This document shows, piece after piece, positions 29,654-39,613 of a stretch of DNA of 64,000 nt. A program made the translations under genes and the position numbers. The notes beneath the pieces are model-generated. The model saw only the letters and a program-made list of their open reading frames with translations, made no database searches and was not told the origin of the DNA. Within the stretch, counting starts at the first letter, position 1, and each line of letters begins with the position of its first letter. This DNA comes from Candidatus Eiseniibacteriota bacterium. Lineage in GTDB: Bacteria; Eisenbacteria; RBG-16-71-46; CAIMUX01; VGJL01. The stretch lies in contig CAWBWI010000001.1 in the NCBI GenBank assembly GCA_963792585.1, forward strand, positions 768,001 to 832,000. Reading direction: 5' to 3'.

Positions 29654-30318
29654 TCAACCACGCCCCTCCTGCCAGCCCTCGCGCCCGATGAGGGGCACGA
29701 AAGAGCAAAGGCAGCTTTCCTCCTCGTGGAAGCCGTCCACGCGCCGCTCGATGATCCGGAGCACTTGCTGCGAACCGGCTCCGATCGGGATCACCAATCG
29801 CGCCCCCATCGCGAGTTGCTCTCGGAGGCTGTCCGGCATCTTCGGCGCCCCTGCAGTGACGACGATCCCGTCGAACGGGGCGAACTGCTTCCAACCGACC
29901 GTGCCGTCCCCTACACGTTGCACGACGTTCGTGATCGAGGCGTCGGCGAGTATCTTCTGGGCGCGCTGGGCCAGGGGCGCGATTCGCTCGACCGTGAAGA
30001 CGGTGCGCACGAGCGTGGCGAGGATCGCGGCCTGGTAACCCGATCCCGTTCCGATCTCGAGAATGCGATCGTCCGGCTGCGGCTGCAGCGCCTCGGTCAT
30101 GAGGGCGACCATGTAGGGCTGCGAGATGGTCTGGCCGTGACCGATCGGGAGCGCATAGTCGCCGTATGCCCCCCCTGCATCGCCGGCTCGACGAACAGGT
30201 GGCGCGGCACCTTCAGGAACGCGTCGAGGACCCGCTCATCGCGGATGCCCCGAGAGCGAAGCTGCTGCTCGACCATCCTGGTCCGAGCCGCGACCGGATC
30301 GACGCCCGGCTCGTTCAC
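29654..30318 (-). CDS. pcm: Protein-L-isoaspartate O-methyltransferase; frameshift near 30170
   Basis: RMVEQQL..VPRHLFV, then GQTISQPYMVALM, LEIGTGSGYQAAIL, FVPLIG; downstream of surE. Confidence 0.93.
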
Positions 30319-31082
30319 TTCCCGGTCCCGCCGGAAAGGTCCCACGCCGCGAGTCCCTCCATGGCCCGGTAGTCGGTCGCATCCAGTTGGATCGGCGTGA
30401 TCGAGACGTAGCCCTCGTCGACCGCATCGAGGTCACTGCCCGGCTGCGCATCCCACGTCGGCTTGTCGCCCCCGATCCAGTAATAGGGGCGCCCGCGCGG
30501 GTCGGTCTTCCCGACGATCCGGTCACGGTAGATGCGTTTCCCGAGACGCGTGATCCTGTATCCCTTGATCTCCTCCTCGGACAGCGACGGCACGTTCACG
30601 TTGACCAGGGTGCCGTCCGGCAGCCCATGCTCCATGAGGCTCCGCACGACCGTGCGCGCCACGGCTCCCGCAGCGACGAAGCCGCCGGGACGCCAGTCGT
30701 CGAGCGAGATCGCAATCGCGGGACATCCCATCATCCGACCCTCGATCGCCGCGGCCACGGTTCCGGAGTACGACACGTCGTCCCCCAGATTCGCCCCGTG
30801 ATTGATGCCGGAGACGACGAGGGCAATCGGCGCCTCGATCAAGTCGGGGACTCCCCTGCATGCGAGCAGAACGCAATCGGTCGGGGTCCCGTCGACGGCG
30901 AAGGTTCGTGGTCCCAGCTGCCGGACGCGCAGGGGCCGGTGCAACGTGAGCGCGTGGCTCGTGGCGCTCTGCTCCCGTTCGGGGGCGACGACCCAGATCC
31001 TCCCGAGCGGCTCGATGGCCTCCCGGAGCGCCGATAGACCTTCGGCGAGTATCCCGTCGTCATTGGTGAGCAGAATGTCCAT
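30315..31082 (-). CDS. surE: 5'/3'-nucleotidase SurE
   Basis: [39 protein letters not shown]. Confidence 0.96.
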   Translation of the reverse strand: MDILLTNDDGILAEGLSALREAIEPLGRIWVVAPEREQSATSHALTLHRPLRVRQLGPRTFAVDGTPTDCVLLACRGVPDLIEAPIALVVSGINHGANLGDDVSYSGTVAAAIEGRMMGCPAIAISLDDWRPGGFVAAGAVARTVVRSLMEHGLPDGTLVNVNVPSLSEEEIKGYRITRLGKRIYRDRIVGKTDPRGRPYYWIGGDKPTWDAQPGSDLDAVDEGYVSITPIQLDATDYRAMEGLAAWDLSGGTGK

Positions 31083-31114
31083 TGGGATCCCGAGGGGCCC
31101 TGGTCGGAAAAGAG

Positions 31115-31192
<78 letters not shown>

Positions 31193-31318
31193 CCTTCATC
31201 GTTTGGTTCGTGCCATGTCTCCGGCACGAGCCCAGCAAAGCGAGTATCCCTCGGGACCCACCCCTTTTGCAAGGGACTTGGCGGGACCCGAGGGACGCTG
31301 CATTCGTGAGTGGTTTGG

Positions 31319-31996
31319 CTACGCCCGCTTGCGTTTTCTCGCCACGGCCGCGCCGATGAGACCCCCGCCGAGGAGCAGGATGCTCGTCGGTTCGGGGATG
31401 GGGGTCGTCACCGTATCCGGAACGAGCAGGTGGTTGCCGATGGAGCCGTCTGCGGCGGGATCGCTCGGGTCGGTGTCGTTGACGAAGAACCCCGCGTTCC
31501 AGGCGGCATTCTGTCCGTAACCGCCCGCATTCCCGTCCTTCGAGTAGAAGTCGCCCCACATCGGCCGGCGATCGCTGTCGAAGGCAACGTGAGTGGTCGT
31601 TCCCAAAGCCCCATCGAACTTGACGGCATGGAGATTCTCGGGGATCAGAGGATTGCTGCCGCCCTCGGACCCGAACCAGTCGACGCCGAGGCTGCTGAAA
31701 TCCCCCGTCGCATTGGAGATGTTTGCGGTGGTGAAGGTTCGCGAAACCTCGAACAGCAAATGGCTCGTGGCGCCGGTGGGATGCGAGAACGTGTAGTCGT
31801 AATGCCACGTCAGGTCAGCATTCTGCGTGACGATCCAGTCGAGCCTCGTCGTGCCGCCGGCGATCCAGTTTCCGTTGCCGAGGATCCCCCCGTCGGCGCT
31901 CGAGAGGTAGCCGACGAAGGCTTGAGAGGCCGTCGGGAGCGCGGTCAGAAGGGCAATGTTGAGAATAAGTATGACGATCCGCAAGGAACGGCTCAT
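31319..31996 (-). CDS. PEP-CTERM sorting-domain surface protein
   Basis: Signal peptide ending ASQA; C-terminus IPEPTSILLLGGGLIGAAVARKRKRA (PEP, TM helix, basic tail); AGGAGG RBS. Confidence 0.88.
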   Translation of the reverse strand: MSRSLRIVILILNIALLTALPTASQAFVGYLSSADGGILGNGNWIAGGTTRLDWIVTQNADLTWHYDYTFSHPTGATSHLLFEVSRTFTTANISNATGDFSSLGVDWFGSEGGSNPLIPENLHAVKFDGALGTTTHVAFDSDRRPMWGDFYSKDGNAGGYGQNAAWNAGFFVNDTDPSDPAADGSIGNHLLVPDTVTTPIPEPTSILLLGGGLIGAAVARKRKRA

Positions 31997-32131
31997 GACC
32001 CCTCCTAAGGGCAAACGGACGTTTGCCACCCGGTCAGATAGCTGTCGTGAAGATATTATGGCATATTTGACGGATTGACTCAAGCGCCTTGCGGGGCTCT
32101 GGATGGGGTCCCGGAGCTTTCGCGATCGAAG

Positions 32132-32536
32132 CTATGGGGTCGGTCGCCGCTTCTCCCGAAGGACCTCGAGCAGGGAAACGAGTTCTTTCCGGAGTTCGGA
32201 GATTCCCTCCAGCCAGGGGTTCTCGATGCCGAGCCCAAGCTGGCCCTCCCCCTGTTCCTTCCGTTGCTCGAGGCGCAGCCGTCTGCGGGCGCCCTTGATG
32301 GTGAAGCCCTTTTCATAGAGCAGCGCCTTGATCCTCTCGAGCGTCTCGAGGTCCTTCTCCCGGTACATGCGGCTCCCCGATCGGCCTTTGCGGGGACGGA
32401 GCATCGGAAACTGGGTCTCCCAGTACCGAAGAACGTGGGGTCGGATGTCCAACCGCTCCGCAACCTCCGAGATCGAGAAGTAGGTGCGCCCGCGCGCCTC
32501 ATCGACCTGCTTCGGCTCGACCGGCTCCTGCATCAT
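32132..32536 (-). CDS. MerR family transcriptional regulator
   Basis: YFSISEVAERL..HVLRYWETQFPMLRP..GSRMYREKD..LLYEKGFTIKGA. Confidence 0.92.
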   Translation of the reverse strand: MMQEPVEPKQVDEARGRTYFSISEVAERLDIRPHVLRYWETQFPMLRPRKGRSGSRMYREKDLETLERIKALLYEKGFTIKGARRRLRLEQRKEQGEGQLGLGIENPWLEGISELRKELVSLLEVLREKRRPTP

Positions 32537-33540
32537 CCCGCTTCCTCCTCGGTTCGCGGCGGACGCGCCATCAGGGACCGCAACGCCTCGCGCGGGTCGA
32601 CGCCTTCGAACAGGATCCGCGCTACCTGTTCGGCGATCGGAAGCTCGACCCCGAGCCTGCGTCCCAGCTCGACGGCGGATCGCGTCGTCGGCACCCCTTC
32701 GGCGACCTGCGTCATGGCCGCCATCGCCTGGTTCACCGGCGCGCCGCGTCCAATCGCCTCGCCGAGGCTCCGGTTACGGCTCAGAGGCGACGAGCAGGTC
32801 GTCACGAGATCGCCCACCCCCGCGAGGCCGAGAAAGGTCTCCCGCCGCGCTCCCATCGCCAGTCCAAGCCGTGTCATTTCCGCGAGGCCCCTCGTCAAGA
32901 GCGCCCCCTTCGCGTTCGCCCCAAGCCCCATCCCGTCGAGGATCCCCGCCGCGAGCGCCACCACGTTCTTGAGCGACGTCCCGATCTCGACCCCCCTCAT
33001 GTCGCCGCTTGTGTAGACGCGGAAGGTGGGGCCGTGAAACAGGTCCCGAACCCGCGAGGCCAGGATGGGGTCGTCCGAGGCTGCAAGGACCGTCGTGGGC
33101 TGCCCGGCGACCACCTCGCGGGCGAGGCTCGGTCCGGCCAGGACGCAAACCGCAGCGCCGGGTCTGGCCTCCGTCAGAACTTCGCTCATCCGCAGACCGG
33201 TGCCTTCCTCGAGGCCTTTCGTCGCAATGACCCAGTCCACTGTCGGGACCGCGCCTGCCGGGACCTTCCCCGCGACCGCGCGCAGGACCTGGGAAGGGAC
33301 CGCCATGACGACGGTCGCGCATCCCCCGATCGCACGGGAGATGTCATACATCACATGAAGCGCTGGAGGGAAGAGAAAACCTGGAAGGAAGTTGGAGTTT
33401 TCCCGCGTCGACTCCATTCGAGCCGCCAAGGTGGGGTCGGGGTCGATCAGCGCGACCTCGACTCCTTTCCGCGCGAGCAGGATTCCGAGCGAGGTCCCCC
33501 AGGATCCCGCACCGAAGATGGCAGTCCGACTGGTTTCCAT
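32533..33540 (-). CDS. gpsA: NAD(P)H-dependent glycerol-3-phosphate dehydrogenase
   Basis: GAGSWGT, ATKGLE, GPSLAREV, LKNVVALAAG, GDLVTTC..SRN, AEGVPT. Confidence 0.96.
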   Translation of the reverse strand: METSRTAIFGAGSWGTSLGILLARKGVEVALIDPDPTLAARMESTRENSNFLPGFLFPPALHVMYDISRAIGGCATVVMAVPSQVLRAVAGKVPAGAVPTVDWVIATKGLEEGTGLRMSEVLTEARPGAAVCVLAGPSLAREVVAGQPTTVLAASDDPILASRVRDLFHGPTFRVYTSGDMRGVEIGTSLKNVVALAAGILDGMGLGANAKGALLTRGLAEMTRLGLAMGARRETFLGLAGVGDLVTTCSSPLSRNRSLGEAIGRGAPVNQAMAAMTQVAEGVPTTRSAVELGRRLGVELPIAEQVARILFEGVDPREALRSLMARPPRTEEEAG

Positions 33541-33541
33541 C

Positions 33542-34150
33542 TCATCCCCCCCAGAGTGGCGGCTCCTCCCGGCGGAGCAGGCGGCGGATATTGCCCCGGT
33601 GACGGATCCAGACGAGGAGACAGACCGCCGCGGCAAACACGGTCCGGAGCCATCGGCCGGTCTCGGGCCCGAGCAGGGACACGGCGATCGGCAACGAAAG
33701 CGCGGCAAGCAGACTTGCAGCCGATACGCGTCGGACCAGCGCGAGCGTAACGCCCCACACCCCCAAGGCAAGTGCGGTCGCGGGCGGTGCGATCACCACC
33801 CAGACGCCGAGTCCCGTGGCGACCCCCTTTCCGCCCCGGAAGCGGACCCACGGGCTGAAGAGGTGTCCCAGGATCGCGCACAGCCCGGCAACGAGGGGCA
33901 GCGCGGTGTCCGGGGCCGCTCGGAGGGCCAGGAGAACGGCTGCCGCCCCTTTGCCGGCGTCGAGGAGGAGCACCGCGACGCCGTGGATAGGCCCCAGAAC
34001 CCGAAGGACATTGGTTGCGCCGAGATTCCGGCTGCCGTGCTCGCGCACGTCGATCCCGCGGAAGAGCTTCCCCCACCACAGTCCGAACGGAAGTGAGCCC
34101 AACAGGAAGCCGACGGCCAGGCAACTCGCCCAGAGCGACGCCGGGGTCAT
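33542..34150 (-). CDS. plsY: Glycerol-3-phosphate acyltransferase PlsY
   Basis: GSLPFG, GSRNLGATNVLR, DAGKG, GH..P..FRGGKGVAT, RHRGNIRRL. Confidence 0.95.
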   Translation of the reverse strand: MTPASLWASCLAVGFLLGSLPFGLWWGKLFRGIDVREHGSRNLGATNVLRVLGPIHGVAVLLLDAGKGAAAVLLALRAAPDTALPLVAGLCAILGHLFSPWVRFRGGKGVATGLGVWVVIAPPATALALGVWGVTLALVRRVSAASLLAALSLPIAVSLLGPETGRWLRTVFAAAVCLLVWIRHRGNIRRLLRREEPPLWGG

Positions 34151-35466
34151 CCGCTCTTTCGCACCTGCAGTCGGATCGGACTGCCTGCGAAGCCGAACGC
34201 GGCCCGGAGCTCGCGAGAGAGATAACGTTCGTATTCGCGCGCAAGCCGTTGGGGATTGCTCACGAAGAGCGCGATGGTCGGTGGCGCCACCCGAACCTGT
34301 GTGGCGTAGTAGAGCTTCAGGGGACGGCTCCCCCCGACCGCACGCGGCGGATTCGCGTCGACCGCCTTGCGCACCACGGCGTTCAGCTCGGAGGTCGGCA
34401 CCTTGCGCCGTGCGGCGTCGTAGACCTCGACGATCCGCTCCGGAAGCCGGCTGACGCGCTGCACGGTGAGTGCGGAGACGAACTCCACGGGCACATGGTC
34501 CTGGAATGGAATCTGTTCGACCACTCGCTCGTGAAGGTGGGCCGCCGTCTTGTCGTCCTTGGTGACGAGATCCCACTTGTTGAAGGCCCAGACGCAGGCG
34601 CGTCCCGACTCGTCGATCATCTTCGCGATGCGGACGTCCTGGGTCGTAATCGGCTGGGTCGCATCGAAGACAAGGATCGCGACGTCGGCGGCCTCCAGGC
34701 TGCGAGTGGCACGAAGCGTGGCGTAGAACTCGTAGTTTGGCTGCGAGCCGAGCTTACGTCGCAGCCCGGCCGTGTCGACGACGATCATCTGTCGTCCGTG
34801 GTAGCGAAAGGGGGCGTCGATCGAATCCCGGGTCGTACCCGGAACGTCGTCCACGATCACCCGATCTTCACCCAGAAGCCGATTGACCAGCGAGGACTTC
34901 CCGACGTTCGGCCTCCCCATCACCGCGATCCGGATGATGTTCGGTTCCTCTTCCGTCGATGCGCGCGATGGAATCCGCCTGACGACCTCATCGAGCAATT
35001 CGCCGATCCCCCGCCCTTCCATCGCCGAGATCGGCCAGACGGGACCGTCGAAGCCCAGACCGGCGAACTCGGCCGCGTGAGCCTCGAGGCGTTGGGAATC
35101 GACCTTGTTCGCCACGAGGACGAAGGTGCGGCCGCGCTCGCGAAGGCGGCGCGCGATCTCCGCATCGTCCGGCTGGAGGCCGGCCCGCGCGTCGACGACC
35201 AGCATCACGAGATCGCACTCGTCCAGCGCATGGAGAACCTGCTCGAGGATCCTCTTCTCCATCGGGTCCGCGCCCTCGGGGACCCACCCTCCCGTGTCGA
35301 CGAGCTGGAAGTCCTGTCCCGTCCAGTCCACACGGGCCATGAGTCGATCGCGCGTGATCCCCGGCATGTCATCGACCACCGCCAGGGGCTTGCCCAGGAT
35401 GCGGTTGAAGAGGGTTGATTTTCCGACGTTGGGGCGGCCGATGATCGCAACAATCGGTAGGCTCAT
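34147..35466 (-). CDS. der: Ribosome biogenesis GTPase Der (EngA)
   Basis: Two GRPNVGKS P-loops, DTGG/DTAG, NKVD/NKWD, C-terminal KH-like domain. Confidence 0.97.
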   Translation of the reverse strand: MSLPIVAIIGRPNVGKSTLFNRILGKPLAVVDDMPGITRDRLMARVDWTGQDFQLVDTGGWVPEGADPMEKRILEQVLHALDECDLVMLVVDARAGLQPDDAEIARRLRERGRTFVLVANKVDSQRLEAHAAEFAGLGFDGPVWPISAMEGRGIGELLDEVVRRIPSRASTEEEPNIIRIAVMGRPNVGKSSLVNRLLGEDRVIVDDVPGTTRDSIDAPFRYHGRQMIVVDTAGLRRKLGSQPNYEFYATLRATRSLEAADVAILVFDATQPITTQDVRIAKMIDESGRACVWAFNKWDLVTKDDKTAAHLHERVVEQIPFQDHVPVEFVSALTVQRVSRLPERIVEVYDAARRKVPTSELNAVVRKAVDANPPRAVGGSRPLKLYYATQVRVAPPTIALFVSNPQRLAREYERYLSRELRAAFGFAGSPIRLQVRKSG

Positions 35467-36728
35467 GTTCTGAAGAATCCCGACTGGAACGCGACACCGA
35501 AGCGCGCGGCCAGTCCATCCAGCGTCGTGTCGTCCAGGAACACCCCGTCGTCGTTCAGGGTCGCCGGCGGGACGTAGACGCGATCGCCGAGATCGCGCCC
35601 TTCGAGAGTGCGCGCGATGTCGCCGCCGGTCAAGAGTCCGGCGACCGTCACGCTCCTGCCGAAGAACTCGTTCGGACAGCCGACCACCTCGACCTCCACG
35701 GGTTCGCCGGAACGGGCCAGCGTCTCCCCGATCGCCTTGCGCAGGATCGGCTCGAAGAGCTCCCCGGTCACCAGCGTGAAACGCCGCTCCCCCCTCTTGG
35801 CCGCTTCCCCGAAGAGACGGCGGGCGCGCTTCAGGCGGCTCAGGAAGTGCCGGGTCATCCCGATCCCGTTCTCGAGCTGGGGAAAGCCGTCGTAGCGGTT
35901 GGCGGGCGGGGGCTCGACCCCGAGCATCCGGTAGAGCTCATCGGCCAGATAGACGAAATCGACCCCGTGCTCCTTGCGGAACGCGCGCTGGAAGGTCTCC
36001 ACCTGCACCCGCGTCCGCTCGGCGACCTCCCGGGTCACCGGCGGCAGGGCCACCAGTCCATCCCGGTGATCGGTCATGCCCAGCGGGACGACCGCGAGAC
36101 TCTGCACCTTCGGCCAGCGCGTCGAGAGGTCCCGGATCGTCCGATCCAGATCCTCCCCGTCGTTGTAGCCGGGGCATAGGACGATCTGAGAATGCATCAC
36201 GATCCCGTTGTCGCCCAGGTAGTCCATCAGGTGGAGGATGTCCTTGTCGACCTTCGGCCGGATGAGCTTGCGGCGCGTCTCGGGGTTGGTGGAGTGGACC
36301 GAGATGTAGAGCGGGCTCAGCCGCTGCTCGACCATCCGCTCCAGCTCCCACTGCTTCATGTTCGTCAGCGTGACGAAATTGCCGTGGAGGAAAGAGAGCC
36401 GATAGTCCTCATCCTTCACGTAGAGGGTCTTGCGCATCCCGTTGGGCAGTTGGTCGATGAAGCAGAATACGCAATCGTTCCCGCAGAGCCGGGTCTTCAT
36501 CTCCTCGAGCTCGATGCCGAGATCCTGCCCCGGGTCGAGCGAGACTTCGAATGTCCGCGCATCCCCCGGTCTCGCCTCGACGATCACCTCCAGGTCGCCG
36601 TCCGCAACATAGAAGTGGTAATCGAGCAGATCGCGGATCTTACGTCCGTTGATCGAGACGAGATTCTCCCCCGCACGGATTCCGAGATCCTGTGCGGGCG
36701 ATTCCGGGCGAACGTTGCGGATGACCAT
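35463..36728 (-). CDS. PDZ + radical-SAM-like Fe-S protein, DUF512 family
   Basis: N-terminal PDZ-like, CGNDCVFC (CX3CX2C), KDEDYRLSFLHGNFVTLTN, QLENGIG, VTVAGLLTGGD. Confidence 0.88.
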   Translation of the reverse strand: MVIRNVRPESPAQDLGIRAGENLVSINGRKIRDLLDYHFYVADGDLEVIVEARPGDARTFEVSLDPGQDLGIELEEMKTRLCGNDCVFCFIDQLPNGMRKTLYVKDEDYRLSFLHGNFVTLTNMKQWELERMVEQRLSPLYISVHSTNPETRRKLIRPKVDKDILHLMDYLGDNGIVMHSQIVLCPGYNDGEDLDRTIRDLSTRWPKVQSLAVVPLGMTDHRDGLVALPPVTREVAERTRVQVETFQRAFRKEHGVDFVYLADELYRMLGVEPPPANRYDGFPQLENGIGMTRHFLSRLKRARRLFGEAAKRGERRFTLVTGELFEPILRKAIGETLARSGEPVEVEVVGCPNEFFGRSVTVAGLLTGGDIARTLEGRDLGDRVYVPPATLNDDGVFLDDTTLDGLAARFGVAFQSGFFRT

Positions 36729-36741
36729 GACGACTCCAAGC

Positions 36742-36778
36742 GAAAGCGCCGAAGGACCCGACGGCGGGCCCTTCGGCG
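36742..36778 (-). terminator. Hairpin after tRNA-Gly
   Basis: Minus strand CGCCGAAGGGCCCG..CGGGTCCTTCGGCG then CTTT. Confidence 0.55.
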
Positions 36779-36785
36779 GGGAAAA

Positions 36786-36860
<75 letters not shown>

Positions 36861-36877
36861 TTGTCAGCCAATGTCAA

Positions 36878-36906
36878 AGCCTAGGTAGCGTTCTCCGGCC
36901 TGTCAA
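36878..36906 (-). promoter_or_regulatory. Sigma70 promoter for tRNA-Gly and downstream genes
   Basis: TTGACA-17 nt-TAGGCT on minus strand overlapping the miaA 3' end. Confidence 0.65.
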
Positions 36907-37861
36907 GCGACAACTCCCCCGGCGGCAGGAGCGGCAGGACGCGCTCCGCCGTTTGCTCGGGGCTCTCACCGTCGGCGATCAAGATCTCGACCCTCTCCGG
37001 ATGCCGGTTCCGGAACCAGGTTTCCTGGCGTTTCGCGTAGCGGCGGGAGTTGCGGACGAAGAGGTCGAAGGCGGACGCGCGATCGCACTCGCCGAGCGCG
37101 TATGCGATCCACTCCGCGTACCCCACGCTCTTCATCCCCGGAGCGTCACGCGCGACCCCGCTCTCCAGGAGTCGCCGAACCTCGTCGGGCAGGCCGCTCT
37201 CCACCATGGCGCGACAACGGGATTCGATTCGCTCGTAGAGCTCCCTGCGGGGCCGCGTGAGATAGACGATGGGCGTCTCCGGAGCCACGAGGGCCACGGC
37301 CGGCTCTCGGAAGCGGCGGCTCAACGGGATCCCCGTTCCTTCCGCCACCTCGAGGGCCCGGACGATCCTCTGCCGATCCCGCGGCGCCAGGCGCTCCGCC
37401 GTCCCGGGATCGATCCTCTGCAACCGCCGGTGCAACGCCTCCGGCCCTTCCTCCCGGGCGAGCGACTCATAGACTTCGCGTCGATCGGGGTCGGCCTGGG
37501 GAAGCTCGTGGAATCTACCGAGACAGGCGTCGACGTAGAGCCCCGCGCCGCCGACCGCCAGCGCGCGCGCCCCGCGTGTCTGCAGGTCGAGCAGCGTCGA
37601 CGCGAAGAACTCGAGAAACCGTCCGGCGGAGCAACGCTCGCGGGGATCGAGCAGGTCGATGAGGTGGTGGCGCACCAGCCGGCGCTGAGTCGCTGTCGGT
37701 TTTGCCGTGCCGATCTCCAGGTCGCGGTAGATCTGCCGCGAGTCGACGCTCGCGATCTCGGCCCCGAGACGGCGGGCGAGGAGGATCGCCACATCCGTCT
37801 TTCCTACCCCGGTCGGCCCGACGATGAAAGCGATGATGGGACGCTGCGCGATCGACTCCAC
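36881..37861 (-). CDS. miaA: tRNA dimethylallyltransferase
   Basis: [45 protein letters not shown]. Confidence 0.96.
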   Translation of the reverse strand: MESIAQRPIIAFIVGPTGVGKTDVAILLARRLGAEIASVDSRQIYRDLEIGTAKPTATQRRLVRHHLIDLLDPRERCSAGRFLEFFASTLLDLQTRGARALAVGGAGLYVDACLGRFHELPQADPDRREVYESLAREEGPEALHRRLQRIDPGTAERLAPRDRQRIVRALEVAEGTGIPLSRRFREPAVALVAPETPIVYLTRPRRELYERIESRCRAMVESGLPDEVRRLLESGVARDAPGMKSVGYAEWIAYALGECDRASAFDLFVRNSRRYAKRQETWFRNRHPERVEILIADGESPEQTAERVLPLLPPGELSLDRPENAT

Positions 37862-39613
37862 CTAGCCGCTCCGGCCAAACCGTCGATCCAACTCCTCCGC
37901 CGTCAGCACGATGTAGGTGGGACGGCCATGGGGATCGCCGTGGGGCAGTCGCGTGCCGAAGAGCTCGTCGATCAGGTGGTTCATCGTCACCTCGTCCAGG
38001 CGCATGCCCGTCCGAATCGCCGAGTGGCACGCGAAGGACGCCGCAAGGGCCTGGATCCGCTCTTCGCTGCGCCGCGTGCGCTCGGACACGTCGTCCAGCA
38101 GGTCCCGGAGCATGGTCGCTGCGTCGCCCTCCCATGTCGCCGGCACGGCGCGCAGGATCACGGCGTCGCCGCCGAAGGGCTCGAGGTGGATCCCAAGGCG
38201 AGGCAGATCCTCGATGCACGACTCGAGGGTCGCGTACTCGCCCGGCGCCAGTTGAACGACCGCGGGAAAGAGGAGCTGCTGGCTCGTGGCCTGCTCCCCC
38301 GCCAACCAGCCCATGGCCCGTTCGTAAAGAATCCGTTCATGCGCCGCGTGCTGATCGACGATCAGAATTCCCTGTCGGGTCTGCGCGAGAATGTAGCGAT
38401 CTTGGATCTGCCAGACCGGCACCAGGGGTCCTCTCCAACCCTCCACCGTCGAGGATGGGGTCGCCGGCACGATCGAGCCTGTCGGCGCGTCCTCGTGCTG
38501 AGGCCGATACAGCAGGTCGAGCCCGCCCAACGAGGCCGGATCGGATCGCTCCTCGCGGACGTACCCCCCCGATCCCCACCGATCTCCCTGCGCCGACATG
38601 CCCGGCACGAGCCGCCGGGTGGCCTCCCGGACGACGCGCACGACCTCCGCGAACACCGCCCCCTCGTCTTGAAACCGTATCTCGCGCTTCGTCGGGTGCA
38701 CGTTGACGTCGACGCCCCCGCCGGCGACTTCGAGCAGGAGGACGGCGAACGGCTGGCGAGACGGCGCGATCAGGTCCCCGAAGGCTTGCCGCAGAGCGTG
38801 GCCCAGAGCCGGGTGGCTCACCCACCGGCCGTTGACCACGATCGTCTGCCCGCCGGTTCCCGCGCGCGCGATCTCGGGAATCCCGACCCAGCCTTGGACG
38901 CGGATTCCTGGATGTTCCCCTCGCAGCGGCAGCACCTTCTCCCGGAAGCGGGACCCGTAGACCTGGTCGAGCCGATCCTCGGACGACGCGGCCGGAAGCC
39001 GCATCGTCTCGCGTCCGTCGACGAGAAGACGAATATCGATCTCGGGAGATGCCAGCGCATAGGCGCCGATCAGCTTCTGGATCAAGCGGATCTCGCCGAC
39101 CGGCGAGCGGAGGAATCGCTTGCGGACCGGGCTATTGAAGAAGAGGTCCTCCACCTCGACCGTCGTCCCCTTGCTCCTGGCGGCGGGCCGGAGTTGCTCG
39201 ACATGGCCCCCTCGAACAACCAGCTCGGATGCCTCATGACCGTCGCTCGTCACGATGCGAAGTCGCGCGACGCGGGCGATCGATGGGAGCGCTTCGCCCC
39301 GGAAACCGAGGCTGCGAATCTGGAGGAGGTCGTCCTCCTCCCGGAGTTTGCTCGTCGCGTGGCGCTCCACCGCCAGCCGGCATTCGGCCGAGGACATGCC
39401 GCATCCGTCGTCGGCGCACGAGAGGAAACGGTCGGCGGCTTCCCGGATCTCGATTTCGATGCGGCCGCTTCCGGCGTCGATCGCGTTCTCGATCAACTCC
39501 TTCGCCACCGAAAGCGGGCGCAGAATCATCTCCCCGGCGGCGATCTTGGCCACCACCTCCGGCCGAAGGCGGCGAATCCGGCCCGCCGATTGGGTCATCT
39601 CCTCAGGGGTCAC
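37862..39613 (-). CDS. mutL: DNA mismatch repair endonuclease MutL
   Basis: KIAAGE, KELIENAIDAG, RHATSK, GFRGEALPSI, VDVNVHPTKRE, DQHAAHERILYE. Confidence 0.97.
   Translation of the reverse strand: MTPEEMTQSAGRIRRLRPEVVAKIAAGEMILRPLSVAKELIENAIDAGSGRIEIEIREAADRFLSCADDGCGMSSAECRLAVERHATSKLREEDDLLQIRSLGFRGEALPSIARVARLRIVTSDGHEASELVVRGGHVEQLRPAARSKGTTVEVEDLFFNSPVRKRFLRSPVGEIRLIQKLIGAYALASPEIDIRLLVDGRETMRLPAASSEDRLDQVYGSRFREKVLPLRGEHPGIRVQGWVGIPEIARAGTGGQTIVVNGRWVSHPALGHALRQAFGDLIAPSRQPFAVLLLEVAGGGVDVNVHPTKREIRFQDEGAVFAEVVRVVREATRRLVPGMSAQGDRWGSGGYVREERSDPASLGGLDLLYRPQHEDAPTGSIVPATPSSTVEGWRGPLVPVWQIQDRYILAQTRQGILIVDQHAAHERILYERAMGWLAGEQATSQQLLFPAVVQLAPGEYATLESCIEDLPRLGIHLEPFGGDAVILRAVPATWEGDAATMLRDLLDDVSERTRRSEERIQALAASFACHSAIRTGMRLDEVTMNHLIDELFGTRLPHGDPHGRPTYIVLTAEELDRRFGRSG

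Noticed and set aside
32007..32045. c-di-GMP-I riboswitch-like words (GGCAAAC, GGACG, CCGGTC, GATAGC)
   Set aside because: Antisense to the adjacent gene, lacks the GNRA-capped stem and GCAAA junction, and is too short
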